64,000 nt of DNA from Macrostomum lignano (lineage: Eukaryota). A model generated the notes under the pieces. It was not told the origin of the DNA. It did no database searches and worked only from the letters and a program-made list of their open reading frames with translations. The stretch is from NCBI GenBank assembly GCA_002269645.1, contig NIVC01003274.1:113590-177589 (forward strand), given 5' to 3'. Shown piece by piece: positions 27,834 to 41,654 of this stretch. Numbering within the stretch: the first letter of the stretch is position 1; each line of letters begins with the position of its first letter. Both the position numbers and the translations under genes were made by a program.

Positions 27834-29885
27834 ATGCACTCGTACCGGCAAAAGTTGCTTCTTGCTACTTTAACATTACTGTTACCACTGTAAGTACCCC
27901 TCAAAGAAATGACTGAACCAAGCTGAACAAAGCAAGCGTAAACGGTCTTGTCATGCTCTCATTTTATATCATTTTTAGAGCCGAGTCAGCCAACCACTAC
28001 TGCGTGAACGGACAAACCCTAAGCATCGAACTGGACGATTTCTACCACCGAGACGAGACAATAATTCCTCAGGTTCTGGACGAGCCGAGGCACAAACTGA
28101 TGAAGCCAAAGGATTGCAGGTGGGAGGTCCTACTGACGTCCTCGAATCCAGACCTGCAGTTTGTCCTCGAAGGATTGCACAGCAATGGTAGAAGCACAGA
28201 AATCAGAAACAAATTAGACGGTAAAAACGCAAGCGCCAGTGTTGTTATGGACTCGAGAACGCGTATTGTTGCAGGCATGTTTCAGGTGCAGCCACTGAAT
28301 AAGCGGTGAGTGGCGTGAGACACAAGAAATACATTTTTGATCGAGAAAATAGAATTTAGTGGAAGTTAATTGTGGTAAATCAGCTATGCTGCTTGTTTAA
28401 AGTGGTTGAAGACTACGAGAGAGCTATCAAAGCTCTGATGTCTGTATTTATATTGAAAAGCGATGCTACGTGCGCGAGAGTGATGACATAATTTAAGCGT
28501 ACACAATTTGCCCATAACTCAAATAGCAATAACTCAAACCTAACGTGCCAAGCTTGCGTAGATAATAATAGAGAAAGAAATAATAGGAAAGTACAAATAC
28601 AAATCAATACTCGTACTGAGTGCATGCACATACTTGTAGCTACACGACTAACAGTTTTAAATAATTTTAAACTCTTTCAATTTCAGCAAGCACCTCTCTC
28701 TCACAGCAAGCTGGGATCCAAGAACTCAAAAACCACAAGCAGAAAAATTGAGAATACTGTTACCACTGCCGAGATACTGTAGTCGGGACATGCTCAGCTT
28801 CAATGGGAGCTGCTATGCTTTGAGTACAGTTAAACAAAATTTTACCGAGGCCATGTCCAGCATCGGAGGCGATGTTCAGCTGGCCAGCTTCTCCAGCCTT
28901 GCTGAAATCACTGAGTTCGTTGCTACTAGTAAGTGCGACATGCATCAATACTCAAAGTTAATTTTAGCTTTTAAAATGGTAAAAGCTAATCAGGGTTGCT
29001 ACAATCAACCCCGATTAGCTGACTCCCTAAATTGTTGGATAACTTGCAGATAACAAAAAGCTGCAGGAGTTCCCGTACAGACGACCCCTGAGCCTGGGCC
29101 AGCCGGTCCGTCTCGGCATGCTTCTCAACCGATCCAGTGCGTCCGTGATGTCTGCGGTCCGGAGTGACAGCGGCTGTCGGCTGGAGTCGGTTTCAGGCAG
29201 CGGCGAATTCAGGTAAAGTTTGGCTCTGCCATTTTTATTAATAAATGCAAATTAATAACTTGAAGAAGTGATTTTTTAAACTTTACTTTTTTACTTTTAA
29301 ATGCATTTTAGTGCTTCTGGTGACACAATAAAAGGTCCGTGCTTGTCTCTTAGGCTTACGAAGTCGAATAGAGGGGTGGTTGAGTTCAGCAACTGCAGCA
29401 GCCGGATGCTTTCGCTGCTGAGCTTCCCGGAGACTGCGCGCTCCGTGCCGAGCTCAGCGCACTGCAGCGGCAGTGGGATGGCAAATCTGATTGAGCAGCT
29501 GGCGAGCCGTCTATACAAAAATCCGTCAAGTCCAGCTGCTGATGAGGCTGCTACTCCGCCAAAAACAAAAACAAAAACAAAGCCGTGGTGGGCTGTTCGC
29601 AGTTTTGCTTTTGTCGTGGTGGCTATCACCTTGTCGAGCTTAGCATTGGCAGTATCTGTTTCGGTCTGGCGGAACTGCAGACAGCAATCGCTGGCGAAAT
29701 CAATTGACGCCGTGGAATCTGGCAAGTGCTCTGCTAAGTCACTCATAAATAGTGAAGAAGCTGAGCAACAGACGGTCACTCTTGAAGCTGTAAACAACTC
29801 CGTGGACATGCGGATCACAGATTGTTGTTTTGCTTTTGTCAGAATATGGCGAAAATTGTGTAATTTACATGTAAGTGACGTTTAA
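27834..29885 (+). CDS. Family A copy A4, apparently intact
   Basis: Exons 27834-27889 (MHSYRQKLLLATLTLLLP), 27979-28305, 28687-28928, 29050-29212 and 29312-29885 (TM FAFVVVAITLSSLALAVSVSVW). Confidence 0.82.
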
Positions 29886-30923
29886 ATGGAAATAATTTTT
29901 AACTGACTTTGCATAAATATTCAGCTATCCACTTATAACACAGTGGAAAAATCGATGCATATTCCCAGAATCGTACTTCAAAACTTACTATTTTTTAACA
30001 AGCACGCTATCTGCCCACATGTACGGATGTACCTGATTTATATCTAGTCAATAAATTATTTAATTAATAATTTCTATTTACAATAAGCTCGATCGTTTTT
30101 ACAAGTTTTATTGACTTTATTTCTTGTAAATAGAGCATATAGTATAAGTATAAAATTGGTAGATTTAAAATTAAATTACCAGAAAAAACTGCCGAGAATT
30201 TTACCAGATTTTAGCATACTTCAAAAGTTCTTTTCTGTTGTCTGATCACATTAGTGTACCTATAACGCAATGCATAATGGCTTTTCGTGAATTCCAGAGT
30301 GATAAAAATTATACTTAATGTACATGTACGACCTGACGAGCTACGTGCTTTATTTTTTTTATTTGAAGTGAGATTTAGCTATATGGATTAGCTATTAATT
30401 TCTCTTGACCTGTTTGTCGAGTTTCAAGTTGACAACAAGATCGTTCCGCCTAGCAATTTTTTTAATATTGTACATGGAAAATTTGGGTAGCCAAATAGTC
30501 TCTGTAAACCTTGGTAAACAGTTTTTATTACTGATTAACACCTAGATTTTACATGTACTTTTACAACTGGTTGCTATATTGCAAAATCGAAAGGGAAAAA
30601 CAGCAAGGCAACAGAAAGCCGCTAAAGCATAGGCAATATGATGAATAAATATAGAGAGCCACTGTACAGTCTGTGATCGTGTTGAATGGGTTTTCCGTGG
30701 CCTCACCGCCATATACGCTCATTTCTATCTTTAGAAATTACTGATCTACGATCGTACAGTCGGCTGTTCCTTATACAGTACGAGTAAATTTGGGTGTTAG
30801 TTAGTTCCATGTACGAGCTATAAATAAAGGAACTAATTTTTTTTATCTTGCAGCTTCGTATCGGTTGAGCTAAATCCATTGCAGCTTTCTACAGAAAGAA
30901 ACAATTGCTATGATAGTTGAATC

Positions 30924-32462
30924 ATGGCGTCGCGTTATCTTTCCCTTGTTGCCATTGCTCTGGTTTTGTCTAAGTAAGTTAAAACCTAACTGCGTTAAAA
31001 ATGTTTGCTTTGATAAATATATTTCATTACCAGTAACAAAATTACTCGTACTGTGTCCAGGTACCACTGCATCACTAAGGAGATTGAGCTAAACGACGAC
31101 AAGAGAGAGTTAATAATCAGTGTAGATTTGAGAAACCACAGACCACAGAGTTGGGAGGTGAGATTGAGCTCTAGAAGCTCCAATCAACAGGTCCTGCTTG
31201 AAGGAACTGACCTCACTGATAGCGCTTATGCTGTCAGCTATTCGCTGGGAACTGACTCAAGAATAGCGACTAGTGGACTATTTCACATCTTTGCTCTCCA
31301 ACAGGAGTAAGTTTCGGCATAACTTTATTTAGTATACATCGATTATACCGCAGACAATGTGAATCTGTATATGCAGTATTTGACGTCAACTATTCCAGAC
31401 TGAAACTGCGCATAGAGGCAAAGCTGATGCAAAGCGGCAAATGGCAACGCAATGTCAGTTCGACCATCTTGAGACTTCGGCTGCTAAGCCCTGGAAAGTG
31501 CGCCGCAGACATGCTCAGTTATCGAGGCTGGTGCTATGTCGACAGTTCAGTACCGCAGAATATTTCAGAAGCGATGTTGAGTATTAGAGGCAATGCTCAG
31601 CTGGCCAGCTTCTCGAGCCTGAATGAGATGCAAGAGCTTATCAGTGCTAGTGAGTTTTTAAAATACACTATCATATATCTAAGGGCTACGAGCTACTAAT
31701 ACCCTGCTCATTTTCTTACAGACAATAAGCCATTATTAACTCCTCCATACAAGCGACAAATCAACCTTAAGCAAGCAGCTCGTATCGGCATGTTCCGAGG
31801 CGATTCCAAGGCGTCAATAATTTCTCTAATCAATAGTGGCAGCCACTGCGAATTGCAACCAGTTCAGCAGTACAAGGATCTCATGTGAGCATTCAATTGA
31901 CGTGAAAACGTGAAGATTTTCGGCATTACCATTCTAAATTTTATTTGTTCTTTTTAGTGTAAACAATAAAACAAATGGTAAATGTTGGTCTATACGGGAG
32001 GTAACATCTGATGGCGCTGAGATGGAACTGAATGATTGCAACAGTCCAATGCCATCACTGATAAGTTTCCAGCAGACAGCCAATTCTGAATTGCTGCATT
32101 TCTCCGACTGTCATAGCGACAGCATTATTCACCTAGTGACCGAACTGGTCGGTTCTTTTGCGAACAACAGATCAACGGTGCTCACAGGCGGCACCATTCC
32201 AACCAATTATGATGATAGAAATGGCAATGGAAGTGCTCAATGGGAAAGCGGCGCTATTGGTAACTCTACGGCGGAATATAGATCGGAGAAAAATACTCTA
32301 GGATTATGGGGAATTTTCATCATCGTAACTGCCTTTGTTTTTTTAGTTTTACTTATTTCTGTTTTCGTCTATCGCTTTCGCAAAAGATTTTGCACTCAGA
32401 CACAGGATATTCCTGCCGAGAGTGAGCTAGAGGCAATGCATAATTCGAGGCAAAGTGAATGA
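30924..32462 (+). CDS. Family A copy A5, the most divergent member, apparently intact
   Basis: Exons 30924-30973 (MASRYLSLVAIALVLS), 31061-31306, 31399-31649 (CAADMLSYRGWCY..GNAQLASFSS), 31722-31884 and 31958-32462 (TM LWGIFIIVTAFVFLVLLISVFVY). Confidence 0.82.
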
Positions 32463-33734
32463 GACGAAGTTACCCCCCCCCCCCCGGGCAAGATATTGTT
32501 TGTTCTAATTTAAAGCAAGAGAATCCAGACTAAGATTTGGAACGGAACTCCGTCAAGATTTAGTCGCTTCAGAGCAGGAGAGTGTCCCATTTATTATAAA
32601 CTCGAATACGCATGATGCATTGTCCCAGTAATTGTCCAGATTTCACACTGTATTCTTAAAATATCTGCTGAAACGCAGGCTTGAAATGCAGGCTATAGCA
32701 AATGAAAAGCGTAGAAAAACGCTTTTTTAGACTTTCAAGGCACTCTTTATCAGTCTTTATAAAGTGGTCAGTAAAATGCCACCCAAATTTGCTCGTCTAG
32801 TCATTCACGAATTTTATTTGCAGAAACCGAACGTTCAAATTTAAGTAAGATAATTTTTACTTCCCAAACTTCAGTATATTTTTATTCATGCTAGATACTA
32901 TTTTTCCTACAGTATACGCAAATCCAACTGTTAGTTCATGCTTGAAAAGTTAATCGCCTGCTTGATCGAATCCAGTTTTTTAACTTTAAAACTAAATATA
33001 CAGCGTTTAGTCCTTAAGACTACAAAACTTATGTACAAAGTTTGATATTTAAATGAAATAATCTTAAAAAACTGCTTCTGTATATGCTATTTGCATGTAC
33101 TAACCATGTAGAGCCTTAGAATGGGTAATTCTTTATCGACATTAGATTGAGCTGGAGAATCAGTGTACTTTTATCTCAGCTGAGTTCCCTGTTTTATGGC
33201 TTAGACAACCCTGTAGCTCGTGTACAGTCTGAATGTACTTTCTTACTAGGTACTACCACACTGCTTCACAATTGACATTGCTAGATGAGCATATGCAACT
33301 AGTTATTTTTATCGACGGTGTACATTTATTTGCTCGCATACGTGACTCACTCTTTCCTATCGTCGAAAAGCAGTACCATGGAATTCACGTAGCACATCCC
33401 ACAAAGCCATGGCAAACCCGAGGCTACCCTGTGGTGATTCCTGGGTTATACCGTGGAAGAACTGCACCTGATGCATATATATACTATCTGCATTAAACGT
33501 GGCCTTGTATTTCTACGTTTAATTGTATCCGGATTAGCATCTAGGCCTATATCGCTATTGGTCAGAAGCGCTCGTGGCTACAAAGAGCATGATCGAGTAT
33601 TTTAAAAATTTATCAGCAGTCCTTCTTCATGACAACCCTTTGACATCGTATATACTGCTGATCTTACTAGTGGCTTTCGCCGAGCTGTGAGTGATATTTA
33701 ATATATATATATTAAGGTCGAATGTATAGAATAA

Positions 33735-34020
33735 GTGGGTTGTCGCCTTAGTGATTAGAGCGTCGGACTCACGACTGATGAAAAGTCGGGGGTTCGATTC
33801 TCGACCCAGCAAGACACTTAACTCTGCATTGCTTCAGTTAACCCAGCTGTAAAATGGGTGCCAGCATTAGCTGGGGTAATTGAGGCTGTGTGTGGCGACC
33901 CCCCAGTCCTTGGACTGAACAGCCGTACGCAGCCTTCAGATGCGCCGCGCAATAGCTGCGGCTGAGCTGTCTGTTGCACGTGTGCCAATTGGTGCAGTTT
34001 AATCAATTATTATTATTATT
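33735..34020 (+). mobile_element. Full-length tRNA-derived CORE/Meta-type SINE with (ATT)n tail
   Basis: Head GTCGCCTTAGTG..GGTTCGATTCTC, central CAAGACACTTAACTC..CCCAGCTGTAAAATGGG, unique 3' segment and TTATTATTATT tail. Confidence 0.85.
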
Positions 34021-34060
34021 GCAGTCTAAGCATAGCATTTGTGAGTTGATCTACCATATG

Positions 34061-34451
34061 CAGGGGCGTCACCAACGGGGGGGACAGGGGGGACATGTCC
34101 CCTCCAGTAAAATATCTGGGGGGGCATGCCGGGGGCACCTTGTGACCCGTTTTGGAAATCAATAATTTTTCTGCAGGGTGACAAAACGGCGCGCCTGCGG
34201 CGCTAAAGTGAGTGCCTGTGGCGCTAAAATGGTGCCTGCTGCGCTAAAATGGTGCCTGCGGCGCCAAAATGAGTGCCTGCGGCGCTAAAATGAGTGCCTG
34301 CGGCGCTAAAGTGAGTGCCTGCGGCGCTAAAATGAGTGCTGACGACACCGATTCTGAAAATAATGTACATGTAGGTATTTATATATGTACATTTAGATGT
34401 ATAATTTTAAGCTTTGTCCCCCCCACCATATAATCCATGGCGACGCCCCTG
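34061..34451. mobile_element. MITE-like element with 14-bp TIRs and an internal 21-bp tandem array
   Basis: CAGGGGCGTCACCA ... TGGCGACGCCCCTG; about 7 copies of TGAGTGCCTGCGGCGCTAAAA at 34190-34340. Confidence 0.7.
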
Positions 34452-34491
34452 ATCATATGTACAGTTAGTCCTCTACTATCCATGTCTGCAG

Positions 34492-35985
34492 ATGCCAGGC
34501 AGAAAATCACCACTGCAGTCCGTTGGGCCAGCACGTTCTACCACTCGACAATAGAATGAACAAAGACGAGACTCTGATACCGGAGCTGCAGGATGCTGAC
34601 AGTGTGAAACGATTCGATTACAACCGCTGCCGATGGAGATTCGAGAAGAACTCGAGACCGCAGACTGGCGTCCAGTTAGTTGTGCAAGGACTGCCTCTGG
34701 CCACTGAATTCAGCCGCTGCGTCAACAAGGCCGAAATTCAAATTAAGAGTTCGTTGGGATGGAAAAAGAAAATTGAAGCCGGATCCATTCACGTGTTTTC
34801 GCTATTTAAGAGGTACTGGTAAATTTTTGCAATCGCGTAGATACTAATGTGTTTTAAAATAGTAAATGTCATATAAGTGGTGTGAAAATCAAATATAAAT
34901 TCATATATCTATTTGCTCACTTCAGACAGTCGTTAGACATCGAAGCGTACTGGAAGGCCAACACTCCAGCAGTGGACAGATGCGCCATGAAAGTGCGAGT
35001 GCTGGTTCCGATTCAACAAGACTGCAGTCCAGACATGCTCGGATTTCGTGGCAACTGCTTCGCCCTGAGCACACAGAAACAAAATTTAACAGACGCAATG
35101 TCCAACATCGGAGGCGATGCTCAGCTGGCCAGCTTCTCCAGCATGGCTGAGATATCCGAGTTCATCGCGGCAAGTGAGTAATATGATGATTTAAACAAAA
35201 TTGCAACAATATAAAATTACTGCAATTTGCATATGATTATTGCTTATGTACACTGGTTTAAGACACAGCCAGGCAGCACAAGTACCCATACGAGAGGCCT
35301 CTGAGCCTGGGTCAACCGGTCCGTCTCGGCATGTTTCTCAACGCAACCGCTGCTGAAGTTCTGTCACTGGTCAGGAGTGACAGCAGCTGTCAGATGCAGC
35401 CTGTTGCGAACCTGACCGATTTTACGTAAGCTTTGTGTTCTCGTAGCGCCATCGGTCACAAACCAGTTTGAGTGGCCTTCATAAGCACTTTGTAAAATCG
35501 CTGTAAATTTCAGAGTGACAGGTCCGTGCTTGTCACTGAAGGTGAATAAGTCCGACGCAGCGGTGATCGAGTTCGGCGACTGCAGCAGCCCGATGTTGTC
35601 GCTGCTGAGCTTCCCGGAGACTGCGCGCTCCGTATCGAACTCCGCGCCCTGCAACGTCAGCTTGCTGTCCAGGAGAATCAATCAGCTGCTGAGCTTCATC
35701 TCAGCGATTTCACCAGCTGAAAATGGGACGATTCCTCAGCCAGAGATTAACCGGGAGGCTGGCGTGTCAGCAGCAATCATAGCGTGCGCGGCTGCTTTTC
35801 TTGCCATTGTCCTGCTGATTGCTGCCATCGGAGCAGCTGTCGTTATTGTACGGCAATGCAGGCCGCACTCGATTTCTCTATCAGCTCAGCAGGGAGAAGC
35901 AGAGACTGGGAGTGTTTCGGCAGCTACAAAAGGCACAGCAGAGGACCACGCGTCTGAGTTGCTACTTAAAACCACTAAACTTTAG
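34492..35985 (+). CDS. Family A copy A6 (signal exon not located)
   Basis: Exons 34492-34812, 34926-35173, 35263-35425 and 35514-35985 (TM AAIIACAAAFLAIVLLIAAIGAAVVIV; tail ending TTKL). Confidence 0.82.
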
Positions 35986-36591
35986 TCTGCTGTGCGTACT
36001 TGTTTGCGTCCCTACTTGAACAGAATCTGCTTGAAAGAAGCATTATTCTAAGCAGTTAGAAGAGCCCCATTTTAAGATTTTTTATCTGGCTCTTGTTGTA
36101 CTTCGAATCTTTTTTGCTCTAGACGCATATTAATGCCATTTTGATTGCTTCTTTCCACTGGGAAACAGTAAAATTTGCATCATATTTTGATATAAATATT
36201 TTCTAAAAAATTATTTTCTGTAAATATTGTTAGGCTTTACATTGTACATAATTTTAATTTGTAATTTTACTATATACGAGCTATAATCCCACAAACGCTA
36301 ACATGTTTACTTTTAAAATAGATCTTGTCACAAAAAGGGTTAAGCTTTTTATTAACACGAGACATGCTCTTCCAATGCACTCGAATAGCTCGTATAAAAT
36401 AGAAATGATAATCCAAGACTAACAGAAATTTCCGACTAGCTTGTTAACGTCTGATTTCAACGATTTGTCAACAATTGAAAGCATTTTGATCTGAAAGCAA
36501 ATGCAATTTAACATTACAGCGTGGCAACGAAACCCCAAGTACGTTCGATTACATTTAAAATTACACAGCTTTAAGAGAGTTTTTGCAACTG

Positions 36592-36905
36592 GGCTACTGA
36601 CACTGCCTACTTGATACAGGCTACTGACACTGCCACCCTTGATACAGGCTACTGACACTGCCACCCTTGATACAGGCTACTGACACTGCCACCCTTGATA
36701 CAGGCTACTGACACTGCCACCCTTGATACAGGCTACTGACACTGCCACCCTTGATACAGGCTACTGACACTGCCACCCTTGATACAGGCTACTGACACTG
36801 CCACCCTTGATACAGGCTACTGACACTGCCACCCTTGATACAGGCCACTGACACTGCCACCCTTGATACAGGCTACTGACACTGCCACCCTTGATACAGC
36901 TACAA
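36592..36905. repeat. 28-bp minisatellite (~11 copies) upstream of A7
   Basis: Unit CTACTGACACTGCCACCCTTGATACAGG. Confidence 0.95.
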
Positions 36906-37165
36906 CATGGAACAAAAACTGCTCATAACAGAGTCCCTTCTTACACGGTAGCATTCGAATTTGAGTACACTCACCTCAGTACGCTCGTTCATTGTTGTAA
37001 ATAAAAAATACTATTTATAGACTGCCGTCAGAGCCATGAAAGACGATTGGTTAATGATTCAAACAAGCTCGTATATATGACACACTTTTAAACAGCTTGC
37101 GAGAAAATTTCAAAACTAGCTCGATGATATTTAAAAAATTGTGCTCTTTGAATTCAAAAGGAATC

Positions 37166-40100
37166 ATGGTAAGCCTGATTTGTCAATATAATGTAAACCT
37201 ACTATTAGCAAAAATATTCAAATAAATCCGTAAAATTTATTGAAAATATACTGATGTATAAATCTCAAAAACTTTGCTGACAGATATATAAAAACTTTAA
37301 TTAAATTTTAGCTTTCAAATCTGTGGCTCTCCTTGATTGTCCTCTTCATAACGTTTTGCCAGTAAGTGAATCTCCATGCAATGAACAAAATATTTAAAAA
37401 CCGCTCGTAAATATATGGTATCCTGATTTATTTCCTTTTCAAATACAATTGCCTGAATGGAGCACAAAAAATCTTGCAACAATTAATTTTTGTAAGGTCT
37501 ACCGAGGAAAACCACTACTGCCTGCATGGAAAGTCGGTCGCGGTGCAAATAGACGACTATTATAACCGAGACGAGACCATCGTTCCCATGATTCTGGGCG
37601 AGTCAACTAACGGCCAACATAAGCCCAAGCAATGCCGGTGGGACATCAGACTGAAGACACCAAAACCCGGCATGCAGCTCGTGATTGCAGCGGTGCCCAG
37701 CAAAAAAGACCGATCTACAGATGCCAAAATGACGGTCAACTTTTTCAACCGCAATTCTGCAGGATTTAACGTTACGACCGGCATGTTTAAAGCTCTACCA
37801 GCGACAGAGCAGTGAGTACAGCTAAAGCTGATGCTGTTTGTCTCGCTAGCGTTCAATGGATTAAGAAAAACTTGGCGACTTCATTTCAGTCGGCGCTTCA
37901 CCGTTGCTCTCAACTGGGATCCACGAGTGCAGAAACCGAGCTCCGACAACCTGAGGATTTTGCTGCCGATTCCGGGACAGTGCGGCCGAGACATGCTGTG
38001 GTTCAGTGGCAGCTGCTATGCTGTCAGTGCAGTGCGGCAGAGTGTGGCTGACGCTACGGATAGCGTTGGAGGCGATGCTCAGCTGGCCAGCTTCTCCAGC
38101 ATGGCTGAGATCAGCGAGTTCATCGCTGCCAGTTAGTTATCAGTAGTTGTGTTTGTAGCTCGTAACAGAATTGAACTCAATTAGGCAACTCAAACACTTG
38201 CATCTCATGCATTGCAGACACAGCAAGGCTCAAGGAGTTCCCCTACCGACGGCCTCTGAGCCTGCGCCAGCCGGTCCGACTCGGCATGTTCCTAAACGCA
38301 TCTGCTGCCACCGAGCTGACCGCCGTCAGAAGTGACGGCGGCTGCGTGCTGAAGACTCTAAAGCTCGCAAAAACTTTGTAAGCTGTTGAATTTGTACACA
38401 GCTGGAACTCAAATAGAAGGCATCAAACTACTGTATTTGCTTGTACAGTAGACAATCCTTATTTGCTCTTTCAATTCAATTGATATCAAATTCAATGTGC
38501 TTTTCAGAGCGACTGGCCGAAAGAAAGGTCCGTGCCTCTCTCTCAGAGTGACCGAGTCCGACAGAGCAGTGGTCGAGTTCGACGACTGCAGCAGCCCGAT
38601 GCTGTCGCTGCTGAGCTTCCCGGAGACTGCGCGCTCCGTGCTGAGCTCAGCAGCGCACTGCAGCGGCAGCGAGCTGGCGACTCTTCTGGATCGGCTTCAG
38701 AGTCGCTTTGCGGATGCCGAGTCCAGTCCAGAGTTTTCTGCTCAAGGGAAAAATAATTCGGCTAGAGAAGGAAATGAGTCTTTTTTCCAGAAGAATCAGG
38801 CTTTTATCTATCCCGCCATTATCGTTGGTGCACTGCTGCTGATTGCTGTCTTTGTGGTGCTGGCAGTCGCGATGAAGTGTCGACGGCGTCGCAAGCTGAA
38901 ATACCTGCTGAATTACGAACCCCAAGAATCTAAACAGCTACGAGTAGATCACACGCGAATTGCTGAGCCACCAAAAAATTTTGGGAATTATGCTGATGAT
39001 TACGTGGCCAGTACGTTGTTTCAATTGTCATGAAGTCTTTGTTTCAAGTCCTGTTCTCTGAATGAAGTCTTTGTTCAAGCCCGATGTCTCACAATTTCAG
39101 AGCGACACCCTCAAGCTGACGACATCACAGCGCCTGCTCTGCACACCTCGTCCAGCATTGACAGCCTGGACTTGCTGGCCGCAGCCAACCGGCCGCTGCT
39201 TCGTCAGCAAGAGGACCCCAGCAGTTTGTCATCCACAGCAGACCTTTACTTGGCCGCCAGGCTGGCCGGGGATGAGAGTAGCGAAGATTTCTCAGATTTG
39301 GTGCCGAATTCGTCGGACAGGTTCGGACACTCCGATTCCGAGTCTTTGTCCTCCTCTCTGTTGGACTCAGCCGTTGGTGGCGCCTCTGCAGAGGTGAGTT
39401 GGTTCGTGGCTTCATCTGCGAGTCTTTCTGAGTAAACTGAGCTATTTGGGACTTTGTCTGTCTGTCCACCTTCTGTTTACCACTCTGTCTCTCTCTCTAA
39501 ACCTCTGCCTACCTGTCTATCTCACCCTTTATTTCACTGTCTACCTCTCTGTCTCATACTATACCTCAATGTCTACTTTTCTATCTCATCCTGTTTCCTT
39601 GTCTACCTGTATTTCATCATTCGCACCTGTCTACATATACCTCCCTAATCTATGTGTTAAGCTGCTGATGAAAAGATTTTACCCACACGTTTATTTATAA
39701 ATCCTGCTGGAAAAAGATGACAGCTTGCAGCAATTTAACTATGCGTTCCCTGTCTGATGAATAACCTTTATTAGTACCTCTGAATTAGTTTTAGATAAGG
39801 TATATTTATTTACGAGCTACAAATTTTATGTTAAAGCTGTTAGCTAGATTAGCAATCCAGTTCGTATAATTATTTCCCTTAATCCCCTGCATTTCGCACC
39901 TGCAGCCCATTAGCAATAGCCAATCGGCATCCAACGTTAGCCGCCCCAAACAAACGGAGCAGCAGCAACGGAATGAGAAGCCTGATGACTCACGAGAGGA
40001 TCGGAGCGAGCTGCCCCAAGCTAACAACACCAAGTATTTGCGGCGCCTTTACCGCCAAAAAATCGATCAATCTGGCGCCCGGCATCCTCAGACACCAAAG

Positions 40101-40262
40101 ATCGGCTGCGGTTCGGACATGCAGCGTCCGTTTCGACAACCGAAACTCGAAGCTAGAGAAGACCCAGCTGACAGCGGCGAGATCGAAGGTCAGCGACTGG
40201 ATCGGGGAGAACTGCCTCCGGAAGGAACGACAAAACAGTTGCGAGCTCTGTTTAGCAACTGA
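37166..40262 (+). CDS. Family A copy A7 with a long, three-exon cytoplasmic tail
   Basis: ATG at the end of exon 1 (37166-37168|GTAAGC), then exons 37312-37361, 37497-37811, 37890-38131, 38218-38377, 38508-39010, 39101-39393 and 39906-40262. All junctions are phase-compatible. Confidence 0.78.
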
Positions 40263-41344
40263 CGGCTGATTGTGGGACCAGGAATCGAGTTTGGTCCTTT
40301 GTAGCCAAGTAATGGACGTCTAGATCTATAGATCGTATTTAGTATATTGGATGGGCTGTGATAATTATATGTATTCATATCTCGTCTAATTTATTTTAAA
40401 TGTAAAATATGGCCCAAAACCTCTAAAGATGGTGTCTGGACTGGAATTGTTCTCAGAGGGAAGTCGTCAAAGGGATTTTTTGCTAAAACTCTGATCATGG
40501 CTTCGTAACGTTTTGGTAGGAACCAACCCAACCTCAAGCCGGCTAGAATGGCTGAACAGGGGGGGGGGTACCCAATGCAGGGATTCGATAAAAACGGGCT
40601 TTTGCCTGAACTGAATACACGCTTACACAAGCTTAACCCGTGTACATTCAAACTGATTCTCACTACGTCACCTATGCTATTCGACAGACTGGGACATCAG
40701 TAACAAATCAGCTCGTTTTGTTCCTCTGTTCACGCGTTTGAAATTAAGACAGTTGCCTTATAATTGAATAAATAAAGTAGTACTAATTTTTTTCTTCAAC
40801 TCGTTAAACTTCTCGCGGTTAAGTTCTTTATAGCAACACTTTAAGAAAGATCAAAGCTGATATCGGTAACTGTCCAACCTTGTCCATTATTGCAGAAACT
40901 TGTAAATTGTTCGTCACTCTTTCAGGTGTACACAAAATGATTCATGGTAAATCTTGTATATGTTTATGAGCTGTTTCAAGTCGAAAACTTACGTGAGATT
41001 GCTAGAATATACTAGTCTGTATTGTTCTGAGACACAGTTTGACCTTGTTTACAGATTTTGCAAAAATTTTAGTCGGTAGCTACTGAAGCAGCATCTCAAA
41101 AAAGAGAACTTGCTCTGAACAGTTGACACGTACGCGCTGTCAAACTATAGTAGCTAGATTTATTGTACTCTCGGCCCACTGACAATAACGGACTCTTGGG
41201 TTCTGTGTGAGCTGTCTAAAAATAGTCATGAGGCTTATGTTTTTGTTATTTTTTGTTAAGCACTAGCAACAGCGCCCCCTGTTAGAGAGCCAACAAAAAA
41301 ATGAATAAAAATTTTCAATATTCTAGATGTAGCTTCTGACCTCT

Positions 41345-41652
41345 CAGCTTTGATATCTCAGCAATTCCCTTTGTAAGCCTTGAAAGCTCAGCAATTCCCT
41401 TCGTAAGCCTTGAAAGCTCAGCAATTCCCTTCGTAAGCCTTGAAATCTCCGCAATTCCCTTCGTAAGCCTTGATATCTCAGCTATTCCCTTCGTAAGCCT
41501 TGATATCTCAGCTATTCCCTTCGTAAGCTTTGATATCTCAGCAATTCCCTTTGTAAGCCTTGAAAGCTCAGCAATTCCCTTCGTAAGCCTTGAAAGCTCA
41601 GAAATTCCCTTCGTAAGCCTTGAAAGCTCAGCAATTCCCTTCGTAAGCCTTG
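41345..41652. repeat. 30-bp minisatellite (~10 copies)
   Basis: Unit TCAGCAATTCCCTTCGTAAGCCTTGAAAGC; abuts a LINE fragment. Confidence 0.93.
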
Positions 41653-41654
41653 CA

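Noticed and set aside
29297-29818. Minus-strand ORFs opposite the family A stalk/TM exons (also 26597, 35364, 38647, 52237, 61784)
   Set aside because: They are antisense shadows of the conserved GC-rich exon; the recurring SGKLSSDSIGLLQ is simply the reverse complement of the conserved island.
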